Below are positions 1 to 12,778 of a stretch of DNA of 64,000 nucleotides, in pieces. Each line of letters starts with the position of its first letter. The stretch's first letter is position 1. This DNA is from Catajapyx aquilonaris. Lineage: Eukaryota. Both the position numbers and the translations under genes were made by a program. Below the pieces are notes generated by a model that searched no databases, was not told the origin of the DNA, and saw only the letters and a list, made by a program, of their open reading frames with translations. The DNA lies in assembly GCA_000934665.2 (NCBI GenBank), contig KZ538008.1:124001-188000 (forward strand), given 5' to 3'.

Positions 1-329
1 GCTACACCCGACGTAACCGAGCTCACAGAACAACCTCTTGTTTGCACTTCAAGTTTATCCACGGGGCTGCAAAACGGTACACAGACTAAACAAACAACAA
101 GGCAGTCTCATTCCTCCCATTCCACAAACGTAATGAGATTTCTCTATTCCCGCACGCTCTTTACATACACATGCACATTTATGCACAAAGGCTCGATAGC
201 GCTACCATCCTCCTATCTAACTCCCTCACCGTCACACGTTCCAACACAACAATTTGCTTCGGGAGGACATTCATGCATATTTCATGGGAGTCATCGAGCT
301 TTTCATGCGCTTTGACCTGAGATTCTCAC

Positions 330-1170
330 GTCCACCTAGCGATACCTGAGAGCATCCGAGATCTTCGACACCAGGCAGGTCTGGTGCAAACAAGAGTCCA
401 AATCCTTCACCAAGTACGACCTTTTATTACCAGAATACAAGCGGCATTACAAATCTTCCGAGTAACAATAGGAATTACAAAAGGATTCTCTCCAAAATGA
501 ATAGGCGCTATCTCGACGACTCCACTCTTCGCTCAACATGGTGTGCAACATCCCACCTTGGTCTTCAAGATATCCTACGACACTAGGATGCCTCCAGACC
601 AAGCATCACGCATGCGTCTTTTGGGATCAATTCCTCTGCTCTCATTCATTCGAAGAATGTGCTAGAGGATTCCCATGTTTCCACAGCGTTCCCATCGCAA
701 TTTCGCCAACTATAACTTGAGTAGGTTGATGGGTGTTTTATAGCCTCGAAAGAGCGTAGATTTACATTCAGAAGGCGAAATAGGAAAGCCATGCATTTCT
801 TCATACGGGATACCAGGGACAATCTAACTAGAAGGAACGGTGGCCGTAAAACCTCGGCTATGCAGCCGTTCCCCCTGCATACCAGTTTGCATAAAATGTC
901 ATTATTATGTGCTTGCTTCGCCAAGCCGCAGAGTTTGGATCCGTCGTTTAATCAAATTATTAATACTAGTGCGCGCTTTTTTAGGAGCCATACATACAAA
1001 TTTCTTGCTTCCTGATCAGACTATTATGCACCCTCTCAGGGGTACAGGACTCATATTGCAAGGAAAGCCTACCCCAAGGGAAGAAAGTAGCATGAACCGA
1101 CTAACAATGATCCAACTTGTACACTTGCAGCTGATTGCCGGACACTGCCAACTGCGTAATCGTTGACCCA
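330..1170 (+). mobile_element. Degenerate non-LTR retrotransposon (LINE) fragment, possibly R1/LOA/I-like
   Basis: Broken-frame peptides IGAISTTP...NMVCNIPP (~500-560) and QLIAGHCQLR (~1128-1157) resemble the GA.RTTP..AL....PP and QLLTGHC.L motifs C-terminal to the RT domain of these LINEs. Many stops and frameshifts. Confidence 0.35.
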
Positions 1171-4100
1171 ATACGAATAAAAAATGTAGTGAGAAGGTGA
1201 AAAGCTGGGATTCTCCACTATACTCAACACCTTCTATTACCGACTGGTATATTTAATAATTTTGTGAAAAGCCCATTTTAGAGTGAAGGCATGCAAACTA
1301 GCCTATAGTTAGGCACAAAGCTAATATGTATATTGACACAAGCTCGCATCAAAAGGCTTCATTGTTAATACGGTGCATTTTTTATATTCATATCACTGCC
1401 TTTAATTTCGGTCCGGGTCATCCGCTACGTCCCCATAAAAAAATACAATTACGCCCACATTACGCCCCTGGCAAATACATTCAGAATCAATCAGCCCGTT
1501 AAAAAAAAATAATAATAACGGCATCCATCTACCCAGTTTTCAGAGCAGAAGTACACGTTTATGAAAAATCCTCCAGCGTCGCATAATTGAAAGGCGAAAT
1601 TAACTCTTCAAACAATGCCACTAACGCCGCCTGACATTTTCGCCGGGCCTGGTCCATCACAGCAGACGTAGCAGCCTTTGAAAATAGGCAATACCTCCAA
1701 GCGAAACAAACTTGGCTTGAAAACGGTAATAGGAAAACAAGCCGGTCAATTTGGCACACGACATCATCAACTTTGATGTTACTGCACTACCGATTGCCTC
1801 CTGATGCCATAACAATGGCCGTATGATCCATACACTCCATTTTCGTGCCGGATAATGCCCCACAACCGCTTTTTACGCCGCACAATTATGATTTTACCGC
1901 ACACATCCCTACTGCATAAGTAACCCGTGTCGGTCTCGTTCCAGGCTCTCTCTCTTTTTTTTTAAACAAAAAATCTGGTCCGCCCAAAGACCTCCCGGAT
2001 TTTTATATTGACACGTCGACAAGGACCGTTTACGACTCGTCCAGCAATGTAGAACCGGACCTCCCCACCCCCCACCCCTCTTTCCGGATTCGTGCCTATA
2101 TGAAATGGCAGCAGCTGCAAAGAAGCGTTGGGGCCTAGTTCCTGCGGATTTCGCCTGCTGACCGCAACTACTCTACACGCTGTTCGCCTTCTCAGACTAC
2201 GTGACGCCATACTGTATACCGCATTTCGACGTTTTCATCTCAGATATTGCACCGCTCCAATAACCACGACGTCCAGGGGGAAAAAATAGATTGCTTTGAC
2301 TGGACGTGGGTATATCCTAGAAACGTAGGCGGCAGATTTTACAGGGTGCACCGCTTGGTTATTCAGGCAGGTAATTCGGATTTTCCCCATCAGTGACAAT
2401 CCGTTTTGATTCAGTACCGTCGCACATACCTCTAATAACTTCGAAACTGCATGCCGCCTCAAAAATCAAGAATAAGCCAGTAGATACGTATTAAATATCA
2501 GAATTTTTGGCCAAATATCTCGCGCTGTGAAGCTGCACTCAGAAAGACTAAAATATTTTTCAAACTATAACCAGCAGCTATTAAAGCTCCCCCATCATCT
2601 GCTGGCCTTAAAGGGCTTCACCGGAAGCACCATCAGACAGCGTTTTTCACCACGCTCAGCCCAAATACAGCCCCCAGAAATCTGACACCGTGAGAAAACG
2701 TGTATGCGACAACTTGATCCGATAATCGCTCAATAGCCCGTTACATGTGACTTGCGAATTTACACAACAAGCGGACCGTGAATAAAAAGATTGGAATATG
2801 AAATATGAAACTCGGTGGAAACAATCGAGTTGAGCCAGTGGACTTTCTGTTCATAAATCACCCCCAAAAATTGGCTTGTAGGAGGCAACAACAAAAATTC
2901 CGGGAAAAAACCTCTAGACAGTCGCCTCCACTGCAACTTGGCAGGCTTTTTCGGCAAAAACATCCATCATCTGAATCTGATGCCCTGTCAAACTCGCAGT
3001 CACATAGCTGCACCTGAAGCGAGACTTTGTGCCGGTACACCCCCTAGCCCATACTCTCCTGTTCTTGCGCTGATTAAAGGAACAATGAATCGTTCCAATT
3101 AGTCTTGATTAGATCCCCGGCCATAAAAATCCGAGCAAGTAATTTTCGCCCCGCTATATGGTGTCGGAAAGCAAGATTATCATCTAATCATGCAAAGTGG
3201 CATTAAGCGTCACGCATATTTCATTGGATGTCGGCACAGTTCAACCTTCCCAACTTTATTTCCTCTGCCGTGACAATTTAACTCGTTTAGCTCGACAGAT
3301 TATTGGGCTGCCACACACCAGAATTATAGCATTCGTCAAAGTCGTTACAAGTGAGCCGAATCCCACGAGACGTCTGCCTGGGACAATAGTTTCCGGGAGA
3401 ATCTACATCCGATCAATGTTCCGGCAACAAACAGAAACTTATCAGAAGGAGACGTGGGAGGGAATTGGCTACCAGCAAGCTTTGGCCCCCTTCCAGGCTG
3501 TCTTTTGCGCTTGTAACAATCCCAATTTAATAAGCATGCTTGATCAAGCCAAGCGCACCTTTGTGACTGTAAGTTGGCGAATTCAGAAAACCACCAGCAG
3601 CAGCTTAGTCTGCAAAATTTTGTTTTTTAAAAAATGTTGCCTCGCTCTACAATTCCTGGTGGCACAGCCATTTGTTTCGACATGTTTTCCACCTCTTGTC
3701 ATTGATTTGCCTACGAGAGTTGAGCTATAGTGTTGAGCACTGAGGAATAACATATCCGACCCTATATAGTGTCACACAGAATAACCAAACGAAACTGTTG
3801 ACGCTATGCGGATCAGTTTCATGGCATTGAGTTACGTAAAGAATAACTCATGCCTCTCCAATATGCAACATGACACACAATGTTCTAGCCGTAAGGGTTC
3901 CGGCTAGTTCATTATTTTTCAAACAACAGTTCCTCTCAACAAAATATTGTTTCGCTATACAGTAAGTTACACAGCAAATTCCAGTCCAGTTCCAGTCTAT
4001 GTAACTTCATATGAAGCCAATGCAGAAGAGTATTGAAAACGGACTAAAGTGAACCACATTTTGCTACATAGATAGTCGATAAGACCTTTCAAGGTGTGGC

Positions 4101-6182
4101 GTCGTGACACCGTTATGGATCGGAACGTCATCTGAAACTTGGCTAAGGAACACCACCCAAAATCTCCCAAGTTTGGTGTCCCATTTACATGCGGTAAGCA
4201 GATGTGGCGTCCTTGAATGTCGCCCAGCAAACTTTCTGGCTCGGTACTTTGAAGGATCATATAGATATAAATTTCATCACAAACATCTCGAGCACTCTTA
4301 ATAACAATTTTTCTTTCATGGCACAGACTAGTACTGTAAGAAATGTCATCTCTTTCATGTTACACTTCTTTACTAATAGTGTGTTATAAGATGTACTAAT
4401 ATGCGGCCAATAATTGAAAAGATGACGACCACTCGTGAAATCCAAAGTGGTAGTGGGCAGTTCGAATCCGAGACCTCCATATATAGAGTCTGTCACCTGA
4501 CCCTCTCCATCCTACTCCCCCGGTTCTTGTGTATTTACTCTTGTCCACTCGTATCAAAGCGTGTGCCTGCATTTGACAACTTGACGACCAATACAGGATT
4601 GCTGTTGCTTGGGCCCTCGGTGCCCTCACTGTGACTTGGAGTGGAAAGGAAGAACGAACCGAGTGCACTACACGAACACGATAGGCCTACAGTGCCACAA
4701 GCATGTGATCAAATTCTACTAACCAATCATTACATAAGTCCGCTCATACGGCATATATTTCAGCGGAAAATGAAGCAGTTTTGCGCAAAGAAATTGGCTT
4801 CCTTTATTCATCACTGATCTTGGGATATCACGCAGCGAACTGTAGTCAAAGTGCATCTAGTTCCATGATATCCTATTTCTGTGCCACAATAAGAAGACAT
4901 CCCGGTGACATTATTACACTGTATTTTACCTAATAACTACTTCCAATTTCAAATAACAAAAAAAAGGACTTGACAGATCCAATACATATGCCCCGAGGCC
5001 CGAGTCTACAATATCAATAACGAGAAGAAAAAAAAGGCCGAGCTGTTGTCTATAACACTTGCCCCGCCTCCCCCCACCCACGTCACACCCTCTTGTTATC
5101 CGGATCGATTGAGAGCTGCTCATCATGACTGCCTAGACAAGCGAAACCTCGTCTGTACAGTATCAGAATCGATTCAGTATCGCTAAAATTTTGAAGTGGA
5201 AAAAGTTACATCCTGGAAGTTAGACTCTCTCTGCACCAAAGGCATGCGGGTTGCCCCGAATATTCAGGATAATACTGTTCTCTCATCTTTTGAACTAGCT
5301 GCAAAGCAAATATTCGAACCCGACTTTGCACAGACGCATAATGTACGCCAACCATCTCTCGAGCTTTACAACTCCCATATAATTATATCAAGAAATTCCC
5401 ACTTACGCGCAGAGTTCAGTTGTTCCCGAATTACACGTCCCTCGCGACACAAAGTAGTTTTAATATTATTATTCCGAGTTAGTGCAAGCGTAAAATTATT
5501 TTTGCTCATTTCCACGCGTAACTGCATGCATTATTACCTCTCGCGTACTGATGAACAGGTTGTAAACGCGCTTGCTAGAAAAAAAAAGAGGGAGCAACGG
5601 GATAAATCCTATTATCAAAACGGGGAGACCGGAATGGAACAGTTTATTTTGCGCTCGACATCACCACCATACTCCGCGTATAAAACCCACACAATTTAAA
5701 TTATTCGGGGTGGTAGTAATTTGGTCCCTTCCCACCCCTTTTTTCCCATTCCCTACACTTCATTTCACTGGAACGCTCCATTTTTTAAAAGACAAATAGC
5801 CTTTCAGATGAAAGAGCCCCCAAAGTTTTATACATGGCTGCTGTTATGCCGAGTTTTTCGGAGGGCTCTTTTAGGCCATCCTACCAACGCAATTTGTCTT
5901 TGTCAATTGGTGCCATCCATCACCGGCCGAAGCTTCCTGGGTGTGTAATTAGGCTAAGACAAGAATCATCCCGCCAGGTGGTATAGCTTTCCCACCCTCA
6001 TTACATCCGTGTACACGGCTCTATATACAGCGCCTTACAGTAATTCTTCTCCGTTGGCAGTGAGTAAATAGTCTTCACAGCGCCATTCAGCAACAGTTAA
6101 GTTTCAAATGACTACAGGCTTCAACTTTCAATATCATCACGAGAGAGTTGCCTGTCACTTTAGCATCCCAAAATGCAGGGAT

Positions 6183-6183
<1 letters not shown>

Positions 6184-6268
<85 letters not shown>
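6184..6268. repeat. (TAA)~28 microsatellite forming the 3' tail of SINE copy 1
   Basis: Perfect TAA run; it produces the poly-I and poly-Y artefacts in the ORF track. Confidence 0.95.
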
Positions 6269-6602
6269 CCGGGTAGTGCTTGACCTCATCAGAGGTATAC
6301 AGCACGGACCTTTATTTATATGTCTCGTACATATGAGTATATTAGAACCTTTATACGTAACGCCCGGGCCCACGGGCAGGATGACAGGAGCGGATGTGCA
6401 AGGTGCAGTGCAATGTCTTAACGTGGCCATTTTAAGTGAACTCACCCGGGTGGTTTAGTATGTGGAAATACCACCCGAGACGAAGCCAGAGGTGACCCTG
6501 AACTCTGCACGAGATGAAGGGGGTGTCCCCGGGTTGGGATCGAACCCGGGACCTTAATATCCGTGGGCGCGTACGTTACCAAAGCGCCATTTCGCCTCCC
6601 CT
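6185..6602 (-). mobile_element. tRNA-derived SINE, copy 1, full length
   Basis: On the minus strand: A-box-like TGGCGCTTTGG, B-box GGTTCGATCCC (6536-6546), ~330 bp body and (ATT)n tail. Flanked by the 15-bp direct repeat aaaatgcagggatgt at 6170-6184 and 6603-6617. A very similar copy lies at 12429-12778. Confidence 0.88.
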
Positions 6603-6884
6603 AAAATGCAGGGATGTTGTTCAAGGTACGACGATCTGAAGTATTTTTTGTTACACAATAGAGGTAACACTCCTTACAGTCCAACGTTTTTTAGCAGCGT
6701 CAAACTTGATAAACTATTCAGAAACTTCCATATATTTTCATACTTCCAAAATTACCTAGAGTATACAGTATACCTTGATCCATATTATGTTAAATCAACA
6801 TTTTCAATACCGCCAGAGCTTATTGTTAGGATAGCTAATCAAACAGGAGGCCCTTGAAATAGTTGCCCATATTTGCCTGAGGAA

Positions 6885-7256
6885 CAGTGCCGGATTTACC
6901 CGCCCTCCCCCCTGCCGGCCTTAGGAAGTTATTGAGATCCCCCGCCCCCCTCATGCCGCTTAAAAAATGCAAATTTTCTCTTGAGAGAGTTCTCTCCTTC
7001 ATTTTAGTTCATTTTATTTAAAAATTTATATTTCAACTTATGGCCGCCCCCGGAGGACGGCCGCCTTTGGCTTTTCTGCCTGGTATTTTTGCCTATATTG
7101 GAAAATCCGATGCTGGGAATCCCCCGGCGAAAATTTTGATTTTTTAAAGGATTTCGACTTTATTTCCTGTTATTGTAGACTATTTAAAAATATTTATTCC
7201 AACTCGCGGCCACCCCTAGGCAATTTGCTTATACTCTGCCTAATGGTAAATCCGAG
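6885..7256. mobile_element. Probable nested or decayed MITE remnants
   Basis: Left end cagtgccggatttacc (6885-6900). Inverted, similar right ends ggaaaatccgatgctg (7100-7115) and ggtaaatccg (~7245), each preceded by a related gccgcccc...gcct..at segment. Confidence 0.4.
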
Positions 7257-10200
7257 GAATATTCATATAACGTGGTCCAAACAGGAAGAATCATTTCTTA
7301 TACTCTATGTAAGATGTTGTTCAGGTATCCCTTTGCTAATAAGCATCAAGCAGTGTATATCAACTCAAGTTGAGAAAGAAATGTCTATTTACGCGTAGGA
7401 TCATTTATTTTTGAATACCTAATACGGGCATAACTGAGACCCCAGGAAGGAACTTTTCATCTTGGCTAAATCATACTGACACAGTCTGGCAGAGCAGATT
7501 TTTGGACACCGTATTTTTTAAATACTCGAGCTATACACTAGGGCGCAAATAATGGCAGTTACTTTTAACTGCTAAAAGTATCCAAATTTCTGCTGACTGG
7601 GAAACTGTTTTAGAAGCAAACACTGCCTTTCCTCCTCGTTGGACCACCCTGGTCACATAATAATACAAAAAAAACACACATACGAACAAAATTATTAATT
7701 TGCATATGAAAGATGAGACCTATCGACAACACCATTGTCAGCAAAATAATTTTAAAGATTTTTCTTCCCCAATGCGCTTTTAGCCTCTAACCATGCACAC
7801 TGGGATCAATAAATCTCCCAAACATTCACTCACTCTTCCCCAAACCAATATCACAATACATTCATATTATTTTACGAATGACCTCATCAATGCGAACAAT
7901 TTATACATTTACAGTTACAAGCATTTGGGACCATTTATTTTCGAGTCAGTCCTTCGCACCTGAGTAGTAGCTTCATATACTGTAGATTCCTATAATTAAC
8001 GAGCCATAAACACAGCAGTGGAATTCAATACATCAACCTAAGCGGTGTGAATTAAATTTCATTTGATGGGACTTATTGTCAACAATTTACACCTTCCTGC
8101 AAATCCCCTGCATTCATGGAGAGCCTTCCCTTCTAAGTACCCCCTCGCAGTTGGAATTCTACACCAATTTACGACCCCCCCTCTCTTCCGGCAAGCCGTG
8201 GCTTTCGAGTGAATTGAGCGTAGGAAATGACCAGCATGCATAGCCACAATCACCCACTTTCCCGCTTCCTCGCCCACTATTATTAGGAACAAAGCGGCGC
8301 GTGCGAATGCGGTGACGCCAGCCTACATTACGTCTCCACACTGGCACCCAGCCCATATGTGTCCCTCCTTCCCCGAAAAAAGTCCAAGCTACTCTCCCAA
8401 CTGCCAGACACTGCCTCCAAAAAAAATCCGGAAACATCTCCCCTGGATTTTGAAGAATCCTAATCCGGAAGTAGCCTCCGCACTCTCCTCATCCGGAACA
8501 TCCGCAACAGATGGCAGTCGAAACAGGGCCGCTCCCAACTCTTCCATACCTCGCCATCTATCCACACCCTCACCAAGTCAATGAAGATCTCCCTTCCACT
8601 GCTCCGATGCTGCCAGCCAAAATCCAGGGAGAGCCCGGAGAAACTCCGGGACATTGAGCGACACGACTGCCACCTTTACCTGGAGCTACGAATGACTTTC
8701 ATGAGATGAGAGACTGGCAATATCGGGCGTGGGCGCCGCTTGTGGGTGACAAAATAATGGTACCTTTGGCACTTATTGTTGTGAGCGCCTGTCGTTTTGG
8801 AAAATGACTGGTCATATTTTAGCGTTGATATTGCAGTCAAAAGTGGCCTGAGTTTTCCCGTGAGCATCTGAAATGCTTCACGCAGAGGTCAGCTCCTCAG
8901 TGCCCTCTAAAGACCACATAACAATCAGAACTGCTCAGTAACAACAACTAAACAACAGGTAAAAAACAGGTAATTATCATTGCCATTGTGTTGCAATGCA
9001 GAAAGTAACTGCAATTAGTCTAGTAGCCATTACCAAAAATATTTTAGTGCCAGTACTAGCTACTACACGTTGTCGTTGCTTTTATTAGTTATGGCATACA
9101 TTTACTGGCGCATTCCACATCAAGGTAGGCCATGTGCTAGTAACCCTTACCGCAAAATGTCGATTGCTGCAACAATTTTTAAGCATAAATGGCAAGCACT
9201 GCATTTTTATGTGCAAATCCCCGTAATATTCCCCCATCCATTCTCATCCACCGTGCTGCGTAATTGTAACACCAGCTACAAAAATGGCCAGGGTTCTCTG
9301 CAGGAGGGGGGGGAAAAAACGCAAAAATGCACCCGCTCGTTTGTCGACGTTGGAAGGTCGTTCTAATAAACGCGGTAGCCGGATAAAAAATCACGAGCCG
9401 CGACTAACCCCATAAATTACCTAATTCGACCTTATTATATTTTGCCAGACCCATGCCACGAACGCGTAAACAGCTCCAAGTGAAATCCTGTGTATCTCTC
9501 CCCCACCCCTTCCCCCCCCCTCCCTCTGTGAATGGATAATGGCCACCAGCCCGCTGAGAATATTCAAATGTTATTTCCCTAATCGCCAGTAGGTAGTGCA
9601 TATGCGACTATTATTGGGATCAACGCAACAATTTCCATCCGCCCATTGACGGTTATTAATGAACCGCACTAGGCGATGACGCTCTTTTTTTTCCGTCAGA
9701 CGCGAAAAGCGCATTAAATGACGCAGTCCTGGGGGAACATCGATACGGGGCGGCGTTGTCTGTTATGTCACCCTTCCTGCCATCTCTCGTCCGCAAATTC
9801 AAACTTGGGAGCAGCCGCCTTTTGGCGCCCTATGAATAGCCATGGACGCACCCTTCTGGAATTGCTCCCGTTTATCGGCGGAAACAAGAGGACCACCAGA
9901 CACTCGACCTTGGGGCATTGGGCCAGCCGGAGGCCTCGGGTACATAAAAGAATCAGACCCCCGTGGTCCGGCTTTTTTGCATCGAACGGAAGGTGTCAAG
10001 TAGCGGGGTTTATCAAAGCCGGGCCGCGTTTTTGGTCCATTAGCGACGTGCCCCCTGTGTCAATATGGATTCCTCTCGACTTCTCCCTTTTTGTCACTTT
10101 GTACGAACAAATTGTCAGTTTCGTCAAGTGCAAAGTACGATTTCAACTTGCAACTTGTACCGACATCAAAGAGCTCTTTTGAGCTGAACAAGCAGTGCCT

Positions 10201-12428
10201 GAAGACAGAGATCTCTTCTTTTTTTCCCCCGTATTTATATTATCCTTCAACAGGGTTAAAAGCGCCATGTGAATGTGCCGTTCAACTGCACAGTTCCGCT
10301 TCCATGATGCATGCGATGCTTAAGATTAGCATACGAAATTGCACCGCTAGGCTTGCTCCAACCCATAAACCTTCAGTCTGACTTGGGCTTTTGAAGATAG
10401 CTCGCGAGATTTTCGAGGAGCTATCAAGTGAATGAATAGGTCCTGGGGTGCAAGGGGAGGAAGGGGGGTGTTGCGGTATGGACAGGATGCCGCAACCGCT
10501 CTTTCTTTTAGACCCGGTTTTAGTACGCGCTTTAGACACCGGGGCAAGGAACCGGGAACTTTGAAATTCAACAGCTGATCGCTTATCCTTTAGGTGGCAT
10601 GTGGCAGTCATCAGCTTGCAACACCTGTTGCCCTGAACAATATGTGAATCCCAATTACATATGAAGACACTGGTGTACTGTACACTCTCGCTCATTTTCA
10701 CTTAAAGCCGCCGTTATGTCCGCTCCATCTTCCAAATGGACCACCCTGTACGAGTGTATGTAAATTGTAATATTCCCATTTATCCACCCACGTAAATAAA
10801 TGGAATGCCTGCTTTCCCCCCCACTTGTTATATATGTAAAGTATGCACGCATTGGTCATACTAAAGCTCAAATAAGTAAGGCATGGCGGAGCTTCAACCA
10901 GGAAACAACATGGGCATGACGAGGGTGACAATCCGACAGTATACGGACACGGGTAGGGTCCAACCACACCCGGAGTAATCCAGACTAGCGACATCTTGTG
11001 GCCTCCCCTGTTACACCCGGGTCTTTGCATGTTCTTTGCTTTCAATCCGCTTTAATCTGCATCGCATTTGCATCCCAATTTCCTCCAAAGTAGTCGAGTA
11101 GGGCTCCACTTACATGCGCCAGGTGTGGTCATTCACTCCTCTTGTTCCGCCAAGAAGCCACCTCCATTCTCATCCGGGTTATACAATGCGACTTCTAATC
11201 GTTACCGGGAGGTGTCCGCCAGTCCCGACCTAACACGGCGAAGAAGCTTTTATCCCTTCTTAAGTGGCATTCGAATGGAGCCATTCGAACTTCTTACAAT
11301 GGCTGAATATCTGATGAGTTGCAGGTGAATGGTATTAGAAGTATTAACAACTTTCCTCTTCATGATCATTGTGATGCCTGCCAGATCGAGTGATGCTTGG
11401 CGATATAGAGGGCGTTTGGGGATGCAGGAAAATGTGATGGGAAGGTTACACGGTTTGTAATTAGTTCCCTGGCAGCCTCGTTTGAGGTTAGGCTGTCCGT
11501 AATCTGAGTGATCTTGCACCAAGTATGTTGACCTAGTCACGCCAAATATCCCAATATCATATAGGCTTATTTCGTTCCGGCCTAATGTTAGCATTTGCAC
11601 TATGACCCGTAGCTATTAGAGCCCCCAGCACACTCTTTATTAAAAATATGTACGTGTAATTAAGCATACATTGTGAAAATCCGCACTCTGCAAAAACAGC
11701 GCAGTGCTCATCGTAACCTACTGCATTTCTCGTAACCTAGCAACATGTGCGCTCTTTCGCCATCATTACCGTACGTATTGCATCATTTGGCCTCGTTATC
11801 ATGTGGCATTCTGCTTCGTTGTGGTTTTTCGGGCGGAGGGTGGCAGTAAAATTTGTAATCCAACTCCAAAAGAAGTGGATGATATCACGTAATGTAATCT
11901 GAGCGGCCGTGTTACCCACCCAAGTGGCTTTAGCCACCATCAAATTATTCTTTCCAACCTGTTCATATATACACTAGCCCCTGTGTGCACGGGGAGGAGT
12001 GAATAGATTCATAGATAAATCCGTTAATTAATTTTAGTTAGAAATACACTACAGTCGTGCAGTCATTAGTGCAAGATACTGGATGCAGTCATTATTAATG
12101 CCTACATCTTTCGCAGTTGAATGGCCCGGTGTAACAAGGTCCGAAGTTAAGCAAGGTAGAAAATTTGGCATGATAAAGTTAAAAATATTAAGAATCAATA
12201 CTGATACTCCACAGTATGCAAGCATACCTGGCAGGTTCATCTCAATAATAAGGAGTAGTAGGCTACTATAATGCCAAATTAAATTCCTATGGTTATATAG
12301 GAAACTCTTCCGCCTTTCATTTTAGCAGGTCTCGATCTCCGCTTGATATATTTCTTATACACCTTTACGGTATATTAGTATTTCTTTCATTGCACTTTAA
12401 TAACCATGATATTAAAGTTTACTATTAT

Positions 12429-12778
12429 AATAATTATAATAATAATAATCCGGGGTAGTGCTTGACCTCATCTGAGGTATGCAGCACGGACCTTTATTTA
12501 TTATGTCAAGTACATTTGGAGCCTTTATACGTAGCGCCCGGGCCCACGGGCAGGATGACAGGAGGGGATGTGCAAGGTGCAGTGCAATGTCTTTATGTGG
12601 CCATTTTTAGTGAACTCCCCCGGGTGGTTTAGTCTGTATGAAATACCACCCGAGACGAAGCCAGAGGTGACCCAATGAACTCTGCACGAGATGAAGGGGG
12701 TGTCCCCGGGCTGGGATCGAACCCGGGACCTTAACATCCGTGGGCGCATACGTTTCCGCAGCACCACTCCGCCTCCCT
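12429..12778 (-). mobile_element. tRNA-derived SINE, copy 2, full length
   Basis: Same head (TGGTGCTGCGG ... GGTTCGATCCC) and body as copy 1, with a shorter (ATT)n tail. Direct repeat atattaaagtttactattat at 12409-12428 and 12779-12798, partly overlapping the tail. Confidence 0.88.

Noticed and set aside
6268..6295. CTGATGAG on the minus strand near the SINE 3' end, resembling a hammerhead ribozyme core
   Set aside because: No downstream stem II-GAAA, and copy 2 reads CAGATGAG.
6087..6458. Poly-Ile / poly-Tyr ORFs
   Set aside because: Translation artefacts of the (TAA)n SINE tail.
6530..6602. tRNA gene
   Set aside because: The A/B boxes belong to a SINE head; no complete cloverleaf or poly-T terminator is evident.
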